A stretch of 64,000 nt of DNA, taken from an uncultured Verrucomicrobiae bacterium. Lineage in GTDB: Bacteria; Verrucomicrobiota; Verrucomicrobiia; Limisphaerales; Palsa-1400. Positions 1 through 10,369 of the stretch are shown here, piece by piece. The notes beneath the pieces were generated by a model that was not told the DNA's origin, did not search any database, and saw only the letters and a list, made by a program, of their open reading frames with translations. A program made the position numbers and the translations under genes. Location: assembly GCA_963707025.1 (NCBI GenBank), contig CAVPOM010000004.1:128001-192000 (forward strand). The letters are read 5' to 3'. Positions within the stretch are counted from its first letter, which is position 1. Each line of letters starts with the position of its first letter.

Positions 1-10
1 TCATCTGTCT

Positions 11-1138
11 TTGGCATTGCTCGTTAGTCTCTTCTCGGGTTGCGCGACCGAATCACATCAAGGCGTCAGGTCGGGAACCGTTGCCTACGCGGGCTTGCGT
101 TTGACAGTCGAGCTGCGGGACGGTTCGCGCGTTGCCGGCACCAGCAAGGACAATCACTGTGAATTCAAGTCCGAGATCCTGGGCAAACTGAAACTGCCCT
201 TGCAAAAAGTCCGGTTCGTTGAGTCGGCAGGCTCGACAGTCAATACCAATCTCGTCAAACTGACCACGGCCGACGGCGATACGCTGGCGGTGAAATTCGT
301 CACCAAGGAAATCCGAATGGCTACGACCCATGGGGAGGTCAGGCTGCCGGTGGGCCTGATCAAAAGCTTGCGGGTATCGGCGGCTGGCCGGATCGGGCGG
401 CCCAAGGAGGGGCTGGTCGGCCTTTGGTCCGGCGAGGGAAATGCGGTGGATTCCATCGGCGGCAACAACGGGGTTCTCCGCAATGTCAGCTTTACGGACG
501 GGGTGGTGGGCAGGGCGTTTACATTTGCGCCTGAAAACTTCCCGGATGGCACCTACACGGGCGTGATGATTCCCGACCAGCCCGCCTATGCCTTGACCCA
601 CTCCTTAACCGTTGATGCCTGGGTGCGCCCGCGCGGAGCTGGCTGCGTCGTCCTTTTCCGGGGCGATCATCGTCCGGGCTTGGATCCTTACACGCTCTCC
701 ATGCAGGGCAAGGACACCCTTCTATTCCAGATTTGCGGCCCAAAAGGCGATTCGGATTTGGCTAATGTTGAAACGAAGCTGGGTTATTGTGTGTGGACTC
801 ATGTGGCGGCAGTTCTGGATGGCGACGCCGGAATGATGATATTATACACAAACGGGGTGATGGCGGCGCAGGCCGCAACGCGGGTCCGGCCGTTTGGTGA
901 GTTGCTCCCGGACATGTCCCCTGGCCTCGGCATTGGCAACGTCAACGACGGTGGAAACAACTTTCCGTTCGTTGGTGACCTGGACGAGGTCGGGCTGTAT
1001 AACCGGGCCTTGTCGGCGGAGGAAGTGAACGCGATTTATTCTGAAAACTCCGCCCAGGCCGGGGGCTACGCGGCGCCGCTGCCGCCGCGAAATGCAATTC
1101 CCAACAAGGCGCGCCCAAACCTGCTTACCGTTCGGTGA
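11..1138 (+). CDS. Secreted/lipoprotein with C-terminal LamG (concanavalin A-like) domain; true start may lie upstream of the window
   Basis: Lipobox-like LFSGC; LamG-like motifs GLVGLWSGEGNAVD, WTHVAAV, LYTNG, GDLDEVGLYNRALSAEEV. Confidence 0.75.
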   Translation: MALLVSLFSGCATESHQGVRSGTVAYAGLRLTVELRDGSRVAGTSKDNHCEFKSEILGKLKLPLQKVRFVESAGSTVNTNLVKLTTADGDTLAVKFVTKEIRMATTHGEVRLPVGLIKSLRVSAAGRIGRPKEGLVGLWSGEGNAVDSIGGNNGVLRNVSFTDGVVGRAFTFAPENFPDGTYTGVMIPDQPAYALTHSLTVDAWVRPRGAGCVVLFRGDHRPGLDPYTLSMQGKDTLLFQICGPKGDSDLANVETKLGYCVWTHVAAVLDGDAGMMILYTNGVMAAQAATRVRPFGELLPDMSPGLGIGNVNDGGNNFPFVGDLDEVGLYNRALSAEEVNAIYSENSAQAGGYAAPLPPRNAIPNKARPNLLTVR

Positions 1139-2280
1139 TTTGGACGAGGCCGGATTGGGTTAATAGTTAAGCACTTCGGCTGCAGTTCTAGAACGTCCGG
1201 CTGCGGGGGAAAGCCCCATTTCGGAGTGTCCGAAGCGGGCGAAGGAGTGATTTTCAGCAGGAGGCAGCCGTGGCGTGGGATGACCGCAGCAAATTCGCCT
1301 TTGGCCTTGCCGAGGTCTCTTTGCCGCCATACGTCGCGCACTTTCTGCTGTCCGGTCAAACCAAGCTCAGACCATTTGGCGGTCACTTTCACCGGCATCT
1401 CATTCAGGTTGAATAGCCCCACCGCCTTGGAGCCGTCCTCCAACGGGCGCGCCCAGACTTGCCAGGCGCCGTTTGGGGATTGGCACACTGTCCGAGCACC
1501 CATGCCCAGCGCGTCCTGGTGGATGGCCAGCACCTCGTCGTTGCAGAGCAGGCCGACCGTGAAATCGTCGGCTTTTGCGAGATCGCATCCGAGGATCAAG
1601 GGCGAAGGGTAAAGTGTCCAAAGGGTAAAATGAGTCAGCTGCTCGGCGGGCGAAAGTTTGGACTCGTGCTGCGGTTCAAAAGTCCATCCTACGACGCCGA
1701 CCACGAGCATGTCGGGATCGTTCCAGTGGCCCGGCGGCGAAAGGGGACAAATCAACATCGGAGCCTCTCGGTCCGGGATGGAAACCGATGGCGGAAACCT
1801 GGGGCCAATGGTCGCGAATGTCGCTGGTGGTGCGCCAGGAATTGCCGCCGACGTCGGGGTTGGCCCCCCATTCCCACACATTGCCATTTCCGTATTGACA
1901 GATGCTGAAGACGATGTCGCGGGGGGCCTGGTTGAGGACGGCGCGCATTACCTTGTAAGGCTTCTTCAATCCGTCCAGGCCGTTCGTCTCCGCCCGGTAG
2001 CTGCACCAATCGTACTTGAGATAATCCACGCCCCACGAGCACCACTGCATTACGTCTTTCTCCTCGTGGCGAAAGCTGGCTTCCAGGCCCTGGCAGGTGG
2101 TCGGGCCGGGGCTGCTGTAAATGCCAAATTTGAGGCCCAGGCTGTGGATGTAATCACCCAGCGCCTTCATGTCGGGAAATTTTTTGTTGGGAATGAAATG
2201 GCCCTCCTCGTCGCGGGCCGGCCCTTCGTACAAGGCGTCGCCCTGACGCGGGCTGCGCTCCCAGCCGTCATCGAGAACTT
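1066..2280 (-). pseudogene. Alpha-galactosidase (GH27) fragment, 5'-truncated and frameshifted near 1750
   Basis: DDGW, FPDMKALGDYIHSLGLKFGIYSSPG, WGVDYLKYDWC, SWRTT in ORF 1676..2563; PGHWNDPDMLVVG and C-terminal VRDVW...IPRHG in ORF 1066..1887. Confidence 0.85.
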
Positions 2281-2288
2281 CATTGATG

Positions 2289-2918
2289 TCATGGGCACCA
2301 CGAGCAAGGTGCTGTTTGTTTAACTGCGGCGTGCCTGCTGTGGTCTCTTTCGCGCTGATACGGCACATGTTCCGCCCAAAAGAAGGTCTCTTCCCACTTG
2401 TCAATGTCTGGAAGCAACTTCGGCGGCGCCATCTTCCGGAGCCGCAGAAAAAACTCCCTTTTAAGATCCACCAGGCTGGCGTCGCCATCCGGTTCGGTGC
2501 CGGCGGCGAGCAGCACGGTGGTTTGCTCTTCTTCGCCGTCCGAGTTGCGGCGAATCGAATCATGGAGGAAGAGCAGTTCGCGGCTTCGCCGTGTTCCTTC
2601 GATCACGGAATTGATCGCCGACCGAATGTAGTGCAGGAAAGCGCCTTTGGTTCGAACCTGCCCGATCCTTGGCCGGCGGCCCCGTTCGCCTTTCATGATT
2701 CCGCGGAGTATTGACAGCAATGCCTTCTGCACGGCGTCTTCCCCTGAAACCCGGCTGCGGGAGGTCCGCCCCAGGCGGCGTTCGGCAAATTCGGCCAGGT
2801 GATTAGGATCCGCGGCGGTGAGTTGGTGCAATTGTTCCAGGGTGAGTGCCCGGATTTGACCGGGGCGCGCGGAGTTTCAGCTGCCCGAGAAAAAGCCAGA
2901 CGGAAGTTGGAGAGTCAT
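2289..2918 (-). pseudogene. Hypothetical protein with weak sigma-factor-like motif; in-frame TGA after an upstream ATG at 2918
   Basis: EDAVQKALLSIL...FLHYIRSAINS resembles ECF sigma region 2; the ATG at 2918 is in frame but followed by a stop at codon 14. Confidence 0.35.
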
Positions 2919-3067
2919 GGTCTGGCGCCTACCCAAGGAGCCGGGGGGATTCGGAGACATTGCGATAGACCCCAATGGCCGAGTTACAAATTATTATCGT
3001 GGATACTGAACCGAGGCGGCGAAAAAGCCCTTGAATGCCTCAAGAACCCTGATATGAATAATGCACC

Positions 3068-3412
3068 TTGGAGTGGCCGTTCCAGATTGCAGTCCCGGAG
3101 CGGCTGGGCTTGGACATGGTGGCGATGGCGGATCACCAGAAGCTGATGCTGGCCCGGCAACAGGCCGCCCAAAGGGCTTCCCAGCAAATCCACCAAGGCG
3201 TCGAAAGATTCGTGGCCGATTGCGTGGCTGCGCTCCGGGAACAGACCGCTCAACTCTGCGAGGACATGCTGCAAAGCATTAACGGGAGCGAGACGGGGGT
3301 TCACCAGAAAACATTGAATTGCCTCGTCCGGTTCATTGACGAATTCAAACAAATGAACTTTGTCAATGACACCGAGATGGAGCGGCGGTTGCAGGCGGTG
3401 CGCCAGGAACTC
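3068..3412 (+). pseudogene. Internal fragment of a DUF3150-like mobile-element protein
   Basis: Helical peptide FQIAVPE...ERFVADCVAALREQTAQLCEDML...LVRFIDEFKQMNFVND; both ends abrupt; family recalled from memory. Confidence 0.4.
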
Positions 3413-4540
3413 CTGGGCAGTGAGACGCCAGGGGAGCACGCTGAGGGCGCTGACCGTCAAAATGGCTGCCGTGGCCAGGACCATGCGCTTGGTGGAATTC
3501 GATTTGATAAGTTTCATAGCATTTAATCTCTTGGCTAACATTTCCTTTGTTTCGGTCAGCCCCAAGGTGACCGAAAAGGGTTCGCGGCGCTTCAAGAGGT
3601 TGAGGGCGGCGACGCCGACGAGCATGTCGCCGTAGGCGGCGGCGGGCACGCGGGTCATGCGGACAACCATTTCATCGCAGGCCATTTCCTGGGTAAGTCG
3701 CCATTCCCGGCGGACCAGCCATAATAGGGGATGGAAGAAGAACAGGCTTTCGCCGGCCACGGCGAGCCAAATCCACCACAAATCAGATCGTTTTATATGC
3801 GCCATTTCGTGCGCGATCATCAGGCGCATTTTCGACAAGCTGGATCCGGAAACCAGGGCGGATGGCAGGACAATGACCGGCCGCCAGATTCCCAGAAGCA
3901 AAGGACTGCAAATGGCCTCGCTCATCAGCAAAGATGGGACGGCGGACAGGCGGAAAGAGCAGGCCAATTCGGCGGCACATTGCAGCAGGGACGAGTCGGC
4001 CACTGGCGAGCAAGCGCACCGGAGACGACGGGCACGCCGCGAGCCGCGCCACGCGCAGAGGCCAAAGGCGGCGACGCCCAGGGCCCAAACAAGCATCAGC
4101 CAGGCGGCGGCGTTGGGCAGGATGCGAAGGGCCGGGGCGGAAGAGGGTTGGCGTGGAGGGGCGGGCGGTTCGGCGGTGGCGGCGGGCGGGGCCGGCGTCA
4201 ATTGTGGTTGCGCGGGAACGGAAAATGCGGGCGATGGGAGATCAAGATTAGGAAGCGAAGGAAGCAAGTCGGCGAACTGCGCCGGAGGCGACAGTGGCGC
4301 GGTGTTGGCCGGGAGCAGAGGCAAGTCAATGGGCGTGGCCAAAAGCAACGCGACGAGGAGTTTCAAATAGGCCAGGCGCCAGAGCCATGACTTGGCGCGG
4401 GCTGGAAGCCGATGGAAGACGCGGCAGACCGCCCAAACCAGGAGCAAGGCGAGACTTCCCTGCCAGGTCGCGCGCCATACGGCGGCCAGCCAGGAGTCGG
4501 CGAGCGGGTTGAGATGCAGAATCCAGGTGTTCATGGTCAT
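3410..4540 (-). pseudogene. BlaR1/MecR1-type M56 metallopeptidase, C-terminal sensor domain lost
   Basis: SPLLLGIWRPVIVLP, HEMAHIKRSD zinc motif, FFFHPLLW, EMACDE; after LPWRLTAQE the frame runs into the antisense of another gene. Confidence 0.85.
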
Positions 4541-4938
4541 TTCGCGGGTTTGTCGCGCTCCAGTTCCGCCACCAGATCGCGAAGTTCGGCAACTTCCCCG
4601 GCGCTGAGTTTGCCTTCGTGCGTCAGGTAGGCGACGAAGGGCGAGAGCGAACCTCCCAGGGTGCGCTCGACAAATTCGCGCACCAGGGAGCGTAGCAATT
4701 CGGCCCTGGGCACGCTTGGGGAATACTGGAAAATGCCGTTGATCTTGCGACGCTTGAGATAGCCCTTTTTGCGCAACCGCTCCATCACGTTCAGGACGGT
4801 GGTGCGGACGTGGCCTTTGGTGGCGGACACATACTCGGCCACGTCGCGAACACTGACCGGGTGGTGATCGGAGACGTAGCGGAGAATCTCCATTTCGGCG
4901 CGCCCGATATTGGGCGGGTTGTCGGCGGTGGTTCTCAT
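4537..4938 (-). CDS. BlaI/MecI/CopY family transcriptional repressor
   Basis: AEMEILRYV, TTVLNVMERLRKKGYLKR, FQYSP; 4-nt overlap with the M56 gene. Confidence 0.9.
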   Translation of the reverse strand: MRTTADNPPNIGRAEMEILRYVSDHHPVSVRDVAEYVSATKGHVRTTVLNVMERLRKKGYLKRRKINGIFQYSPSVPRAELLRSLVREFVERTLGGSLSPFVAYLTHEGKLSAGEVAELRDLVAELERDKPAK

Positions 4939-4987
4939 ATTCTGACGATAACTGTCGTCAGAATAGCGCAGACGATAACTGTCGTCA
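4938..4987. promoter_or_regulatory. Two tandem palindromic operators for the BlaI-family repressor
   Basis: GACGATAACTGTCGTCA at 4944-4960 and 4971-4987; first copy extends to TATTCTGACGA-N6-TCGTCAGAATA; directly upstream of the start codon. Confidence 0.8.
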
Positions 4988-5204
4988 AGGGGTTTTTTCA
5001 GGAATTTTTCAATGGGCCGCTAATGGGTGGGCCGGGGGAAATTTCCGATTCTTAATCCTAATCCTACCCATGAACCTGCCAGGTTCACGGAAACAGTGCG
5101 GGGTCTTCTCCTTCGGACCGGATCGTTGCTGACAGCGCAAGGCAATCAATTCATTGGCTGACTTGATCCCGGACACATCTTCTTCATCGAGCCCTTTGCG
5201 CTAC

Positions 5205-5300
5205 GTATGCGTGAAGGGCTTTTTCATTTTCAGCAGTTGACAACCATCAACCGAAAGTAAAACATCATGGCCGATTACTTCACCAGGTTCAGTGTGATCG
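5205..5300 (+). repeat. Truncated diverged copy of the leader and first codons of the 6239 gene
   Basis: AAGGGC(T/C)TTTT...CAACCATCAAC.GAAAG.AAACA.CATGGCCGATTA.TTCAC at ~5214-5290 and ~6186-6265 (MADYFTRFSV vs MADYFTKFSV). Confidence 0.75.
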
Positions 5301-5330
5301 TGTTCCGACGTGCTCGCTGATCCCTTCCAG

Positions 5331-6149
5331 CTAATTGGGGTTCGTGGCATGAGCGCGCAACCAAACCAAATCCGGGTTGTTCGGCGACACAGCGAGGAAT
5401 TCATGCTTTACGACCGCAACACCCGATTGCTGGCTGGCAAGAACCTCCGGACTTCGCCACCGATGAATTTCCGCGTGGCCATCCGCAAAAGTGACCGCGC
5501 CAGACCCGGCGTGATAACCGGCCGGGACATTTGCCAACTGCGGAACCACCATGTCTATCACAAAATAGCCGTCATCAACACTGTCGTCCCGCTCCTCCAC
5601 GAAAACCAGCGCAGCGCTGGGAGAAAGAACGACCAAGTCTGCGCACTTCCAAAACAACTGATAACCCTGGTTCCAAAATGTGCTGTTATATCCCATCCAA
5701 CCGCTCATGGATATGGTGCGCACCAGCGGAAAATAGCCATTGCCTTCCTTGACCATGAGTCTGCTCGCCGGGCAGCGATACAATTTCGCCGACGTCGTAT
5801 AAGGTCCGAGCGATGCCCATTGCGGATCGGTCAGCAGAACAGTGTTCGTGTTGTCCGTATTGTCCGACTGGCGGGGATCCAACCACCCCGTCACCCAGTT
5901 CGAATTTCCGCGGATGGATCCGGCTGCCCCCGCCTCACTCAGCCAATTGTTGCCCGCGATATAATCATTATTGTCATTCTCATACATGTGCCAGGCATTC
6001 TGCACCTGTTTCAAGTTGCTCATGCAATAAAGGGCATCCGCTCTGGCCTTTGCCCCGGCCAGAGTGGGAAGCAACAGGGCGGCGAGAATGGCGATGATGG
6101 TAATCACCACCAATAGCTCGATCAAGGTGAATCCTGCGTCTTTGTTCAA
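5331..6149 (-). CDS. Prepilin-type N-terminal cleavage/methylation protein with H-X9-DG motif (DUF1559-like)
   Basis: [46 protein letters not shown]. Confidence 0.9.
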   Translation of the reverse strand: MNKDAGFTLIELLVVITIIAILAALLLPTLAGAKARADALYCMSNLKQVQNAWHMYENDNNDYIAGNNWLSEAGAAGSIRGNSNWVTGWLDPRQSDNTDNTNTVLLTDPQWASLGPYTTSAKLYRCPASRLMVKEGNGYFPLVRTISMSGWMGYNSTFWNQGYQLFWKCADLVVLSPSAALVFVEERDDSVDDGYFVIDMVVPQLANVPAGYHAGSGAVTFADGHAEIHRWRSPEVLASQQSGVAVVKHEFLAVSPNNPDLVWLRAHATNPN

Positions 6150-6238
6150 GGTGAATTATTCATATCAGATTTCTCGATACAGGCAAGGGCCTTTTGATTT
6201 TCGACAGTCACAACAACCATCAACAGAAAGGAAACACC

Positions 6239-6661
6239 ATGGCCGATTATTTCACTAAATTCAGCGTGCCCTTGCCCCTGCCCAATGAAGCCGCACAACG
6301 GTACGCGCTTGACCTGGATGCCAACGCCAGACGCGTCGTGCAATGCGATGCATCTGCCGAAAAACTTCCCGCCTCCGTCCTGGAGGTGATCGAAGACTGG
6401 CTCTTCGAGACGGACCCCGAAAATGCCGATGGCAAATGGGGCCTGTGGCTGCACTCCGATTATGGCGGCATCGCTGCGGTTTGTGCCTTCGTCCAGCATT
6501 TGTTGGAGAAGTTTGATCCAGAAGGCCGGGTGGCCTTCGAGTGGTCGAATGATTGCAGCAAACCGCGCCTGGACGCCTATGGCGGCGGGGCCGCCCTCAT
6601 CACCGCAAAGGAAATCAAAACCATGAACACGTCAGATTGGCTGCGCCAACACGCCGCCTGA
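6239..6661 (+). CDS. Hypothetical protein of the integrative-element operon
   Basis: RBS GAAAGGAA before MADYFTKFS; coherent 140-aa ORF ending CSKPRLDAYGGGA. Confidence 0.7.
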   Translation: MADYFTKFSVPLPLPNEAAQRYALDLDANARRVVQCDASAEKLPASVLEVIEDWLFETDPENADGKWGLWLHSDYGGIAAVCAFVQHLLEKFDPEGRVAFEWSNDCSKPRLDAYGGGAALITAKEIKTMNTSDWLRQHAA

Positions 6662-6688
6662 CACCGTGTTCCCAACCCCGGATCAACC

Positions 6689-7171
6689 ATGCCCAAATTC
6701 GTCTGTTCGTATGCCCATGACATTGCCTGTTTTGCGGACTTTGCCGTGGAGGCCAAAAGCGAGAAGGCCGCCCTGCGTCAAATCAGGAAGGCTCTGCGCG
6801 AAGGCAAATTCGAGAACGTGGAAGCCACTCCCGCCTGGGAGAATGGCAGCACCAATGAGCGGGTCTTTGTCCAGGGTGTGGCAACGGAACATTCGACCGA
6901 CACCACCCTAGAACAACTGGTCGGACAGGAGCACATCTTCAGTACGCACACCCACCGTTGCATTCGCTGCGACAAGTCTGTTGAGGAAGCCGCCATAGAG
7001 GGACCGCTCTGCCGGCCTTATTTCATCAAATCATCAACCCAAGAAAGGAAAAACAATGAGTCACTTCACTCAAATAAAAACGCAAATCAAAGACATCACA
7101 GCCCTCCGTTCCGCGTGTCAGGAGTTGGGATTGGCCCTGCTCCAAAACGCCCAGGCCCGGGGCTATTATGA
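6689..7171 (+). CDS. Hypothetical protein; natural end probably near 7030 with read-through into the next gene
   Basis: ORF in operon order; C-terminal part overlaps the DUF1257 gene. Confidence 0.5.
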   Translation: MPKFVCSYAHDIACFADFAVEAKSEKAALRQIRKALREGKFENVEATPAWENGSTNERVFVQGVATEHSTDTTLEQLVGQEHIFSTHTHRCIRCDKSVEEAAIEGPLCRPYFIKSSTQERKNNESLHSNKNANQRHHSPPFRVSGVGIGPAPKRPGPGLL

Positions 7172-7433
7172 AAACAAAACCAAGGGCGATTTTGTCATCC
7201 GGCTCAAAGGCCCGTATGACATCGCCGTCAACAAACAACCGGACGGCACCTTTGGCCTGACGGCGGATCTTTGGGAAGGTCATGTGGAAGAGGAGGTTGG
7301 AAAAGATTACGGCAGACTCCTCCAGCTTTACGGGGTTCACAAGGCCACGATTGAAGCCAGGAAAAAGGGGCTGTCTGTGCTTCGGCGCCCACAACAAAAC
7401 GGCTCCATCAAACTCGTTCTCACGGGGGTGTAA
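7056..7433 (+). CDS. DUF1257 / Ycf35-family protein
   Basis: MSHFTQIKTQIKD...ALRSACQELG, YDI...DGTFGLTADLW, LLQLYG, NGSIKLVL; RBS GAAAGGAA. Confidence 0.8.
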   Translation: MSHFTQIKTQIKDITALRSACQELGLALLQNAQARGYYENKTKGDFVIRLKGPYDIAVNKQPDGTFGLTADLWEGHVEEEVGKDYGRLLQLYGVHKATIEARKKGLSVLRRPQQNGSIKLVLTGV

Positions 7434-7628
7434 ATGAACAAAACAATCGAAATCATCATATCGGCTTCGGGAGAAATCCAGATTGACGCCGTGGGATTCA
7501 AAGGCCCGGATTGCGAACAAGCCACCCAGTTCCTGGAAGAGGCGCTGGGGGTGGTCGGGCAAAAAAGGAAGAAACCCGAATATCACCAATCGGCCCGAAA
7601 AACCAATCAACAAAGGCTTGGCGGATGA
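7434..7628 (+). CDS. DUF2997-family protein
   Basis: IEIIISASGEIQIDAVGFKGPDCEQATQFLEEALG...KPEY; abuts DUF1257 gene. Confidence 0.8.
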   Translation: MNKTIEIIISASGEIQIDAVGFKGPDCEQATQFLEEALGVVGQKRKKPEYHQSARKTNQQRLGG

Positions 7629-7850
7629 AAAAACCGCCACTCGTTCGCGGCGAATACAGCGGCCATGGGTATGAGGTGTGGATTGGCGGCCGGGTCGTTT
7701 ATTCGGCCGGAAACCATGTCCACGATTCCACTCAACCGGCCATGTGTGAACACGACCGCCTGCCACTGCGCACCATCCGCAAGTTCCGCATCAAGACGAC
7801 CCGCGAGATCGCCACCGAGCGAGGCGGCCGGTTTGGCGGGGTGGCCTCGA
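7625..7850 (+). pseudogene. Hypothetical protein, 3' end replaced by an IS66 scrap
   Basis: ATGA overlap with the DUF2997 gene; MKKPPLVRGEYSGHGYEVW; frame runs into the antisense of a transposase fragment. Confidence 0.5.
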
Positions 7851-7980
7851 TCAGTTCCCACTGCATTGAAGCCGGCAAAGGAACCCCGAAATGACTTTGC
7901 CATTTGTCGGTCCGATACGTCGGCAGGCCGGCCCCGTAGCGCGCCAGCGCCAGCATGGTGCCGACGCTCGGGTCGTATAT
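7843..7980 (-). mobile_element. Short internal IS66-family transposase fragment
   Basis: YDPSVGTMLALARYGAGLPTYRTDKWQSHFGVPLPASMQWELIE resembles the IS66 TnpC 'KY..LP.YR....G..L..ST' region; no IS ends seen. Confidence 0.6.
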
Positions 7981-7986
7981 CAAGTG

Positions 7987-10149
7987 CTATCGTGCGGCCG
8001 GAGCGGGCGCGGGAGCGGATGGGAAGTCAGGCCAGCCTCCGGCATCCTTGACCCAATTGATGATGCGGCCCGTCCCGTCGCGCACTTCGCGCACGAGTCG
8101 TTCGTCCACGGCGTCGCGACGCGGCAGGACGGTGCCGGCTTCCTTAAGCACGCGCTCATAGGCGGCCAGCGCCGGCTCGGTGGTGACGGGCGGGGCGGGA
8201 AACGGCTTGGGGGCGCCGACGATTTCCCGCTCAAAATAATATCCCATCCCCCGCCAGTTGTTCTGGTTCACCTGCGGCTCCCCTTCCAGAATATTATTGG
8301 TGACGAACAACGATCCCGGCATCACCACCGCCGCGCCGTCGTGGAAGAGCCGGCGTTCTTGCGTGGTGGAAGGCCCCGTCTTCAGGTAGTTGGCCACGTA
8401 ATTGACGCGATCGAACTCCCCATAGGCCGAGGTATCTCCCCAATCGTAGATGACATTGTTTCGGAAATCGGCATCCACCGCGCCTTGGAAGCGGACGTTG
8501 CGGCTTTGGTTGTGGGCGAAGAGATTGTGCTGCCAGGTCACGCGGCATCCTCCCGCAATGGAGGCGTAGCCGTGGCCGGCGAAGTTGAGACTTTCTCCCA
8601 GAATGCACCATTGCACGGTGATGAGGTCGCTCATTTTGGTCACCGACAGGATTTTTGTGGTGGACCAGCTCAGCGAGAGGTGGTCGGCAATGCAGTTTTT
8701 GGAACCGTCGGTGAAATAAAGCGCATGCTCGCCGTCCCCGCCTTGATAGCTCACATTCTTGTCGTCCAGAAGAACCCCGTCGTCGCCAACCCGGACGCGG
8801 AAGTAGCGCAGAACCACATCGTGCGTCCGCACTTCGATTCCATGATTGCGGAGCATGATGCCGGCCCCAGGGGCGTTTTGACCATCAATGGATAAGAACG
8901 GCCTTTTGATGACGAGCGTGGATTTCAAGGGAATCACGCCACCAACTCGGAAAATGATGGTGCGCGGCCCGGATGTCTCGACCGCCTGGCGCAAACTGGC
9001 GGGCCCGGAGTCGTTGAGGTTGTCCACAAAAAGAGTCTTGCCGCCCCTGCCACCGGGGGTAAAGGCGCCGAACCCTTCGGCTCCCGGAAAGGCGGGTTCG
9101 CCGGCGATTTCTGCGGAAAGAGGATAAAGCGGGTGCTCGAGCCAGAGCGGTTTCGGAATTTCGGGAATCGGCCGCGCGTGGGTCACCGGCGCGTACGTTG
9201 CATATTCACTCTTGTTTACCAACACCAAGTCATTGTGCTGCGCGCCGCCGCGATAGGTCAGTTGCCAGCGATAGGCATGCCCCTGGTATTGCGCTGAGAT
9301 TTCGCTGCCTTCGGGCAGATTATCGAAGGTCCCTTGAATCGGGACGTGAGTTGAAACCAAGGTAACGTCATCGCGGGGCGGAATGGCATTCAGACCGATC
9401 TCCAGGCGGCAATGGCTTTGGGCGTCTTTGATTATTCGCAGCCCAGAGCGACGGGACTGAATGGTGACGGGGGTGACGCCGTGTTCATCGAGCGCAAATG
9501 AGAGCGTGGAAAGGCCGGAATGCCCGTTGGGGTCAGCCTTGCCTATGATGTAAACATAGTCAAAGACATGAATGGCGGTAGCGCGCGAGCCTTCGATCGC
9601 CAAAAGCGAATCGGCACCCCAGCCGACGCCGATGGTTAAGGTCCGGCCAACGAAGCTGCCGCCTTGAATGCGCAGAGCGGCCTTGGGCCCGTGGCCGGGA
9701 ACCCCATCGGCCGCGCCGACAAATACATCCATGACGCAATGCATGGCCCCGTTTTTGAGGACGAATTCCCCTTCCCCGCCGGTGTATTCACCCACGCGCA
9801 ACGAATCCTGCATGAGGATGAGTTGGCCGCCGTCCACGTCGACCCTGGCGTGGTCGTGGGCATCCAAACCCACCTCCAAATCGCCAGCCAGATGAATGCC
9901 GGCGGGCACCAGCACGATGCTGTTGCCGTGGACTCGCGCTCTTTGCATCGGGGTGGGCAAGCCATCCGACCAATGCGCCGCATCAGCCCAGTCCCCTGTG
10001 CCGGCAGTCCAGTCGGTGGAATATTTGGTTTCTTGCGCGTGCAAGAGAAAGGTGGCGGGGCCTAAAATGAGCGTGCCCAAGATCAAGAATTTGATGCCAT
10101 CGAGGGCGACGGATAAAAGGCGGGCCAGCATGAGCCGACCATGCACCAC
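7987..10149 (-). CDS. Pectate lyase (PL1-like) with N-terminal autotransporter-like beta-rich domain
   Basis: PAFPGAEGFGAFTPGGRGG, NLNDSGPASLRQAVE, IDGQNAPG, IADHLSLSWS, HNLFAHNQSRN, DFRNNVIYDW. Confidence 0.9.
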   Translation of the reverse strand: MVHGRLMLARLLSVALDGIKFLILGTLILGPATFLLHAQETKYSTDWTAGTGDWADAAHWSDGLPTPMQRARVHGNSIVLVPAGIHLAGDLEVGLDAHDHARVDVDGGQLILMQDSLRVGEYTGGEGEFVLKNGAMHCVMDVFVGAADGVPGHGPKAALRIQGGSFVGRTLTIGVGWGADSLLAIEGSRATAIHVFDYVYIIGKADPNGHSGLSTLSFALDEHGVTPVTIQSRRSGLRIIKDAQSHCRLEIGLNAIPPRDDVTLVSTHVPIQGTFDNLPEGSEISAQYQGHAYRWQLTYRGGAQHNDLVLVNKSEYATYAPVTHARPIPEIPKPLWLEHPLYPLSAEIAGEPAFPGAEGFGAFTPGGRGGKTLFVDNLNDSGPASLRQAVETSGPRTIIFRVGGVIPLKSTLVIKRPFLSIDGQNAPGAGIMLRNHGIEVRTHDVVLRYFRVRVGDDGVLLDDKNVSYQGGDGEHALYFTDGSKNCIADHLSLSWSTTKILSVTKMSDLITVQWCILGESLNFAGHGYASIAGGCRVTWQHNLFAHNQSRNVRFQGAVDADFRNNVIYDWGDTSAYGEFDRVNYVANYLKTGPSTTQERRLFHDGAAVVMPGSLFVTNNILEGEPQVNQNNWRGMGYYFEREIVGAPKPFPAPPVTTEPALAAYERVLKEAGTVLPRRDAVDERLVREVRDGTGRIINWVKDAGGWPDFPSAPAPAPAAR

Positions 10150-10369
10150 TGGGGCATTTCGTGCAAGCAGAAGGACAACCTCAGCGGAGATTCCGCAGAT
10201 TCTTTATCGCGCCAAACCGGAAGTGGAAACCCCGCCGAACACCTGAGAAATTCTTCAAGATGGCCGAAGTCATGACCGTTAAAAAAATTTGCCAATTTGT
10301 GGAGCAGGCAGGAAATTACAAAAAAGGCGCACGCTGGTCGTGGGCCAGAAAACAAATTGGAAATCTCAA

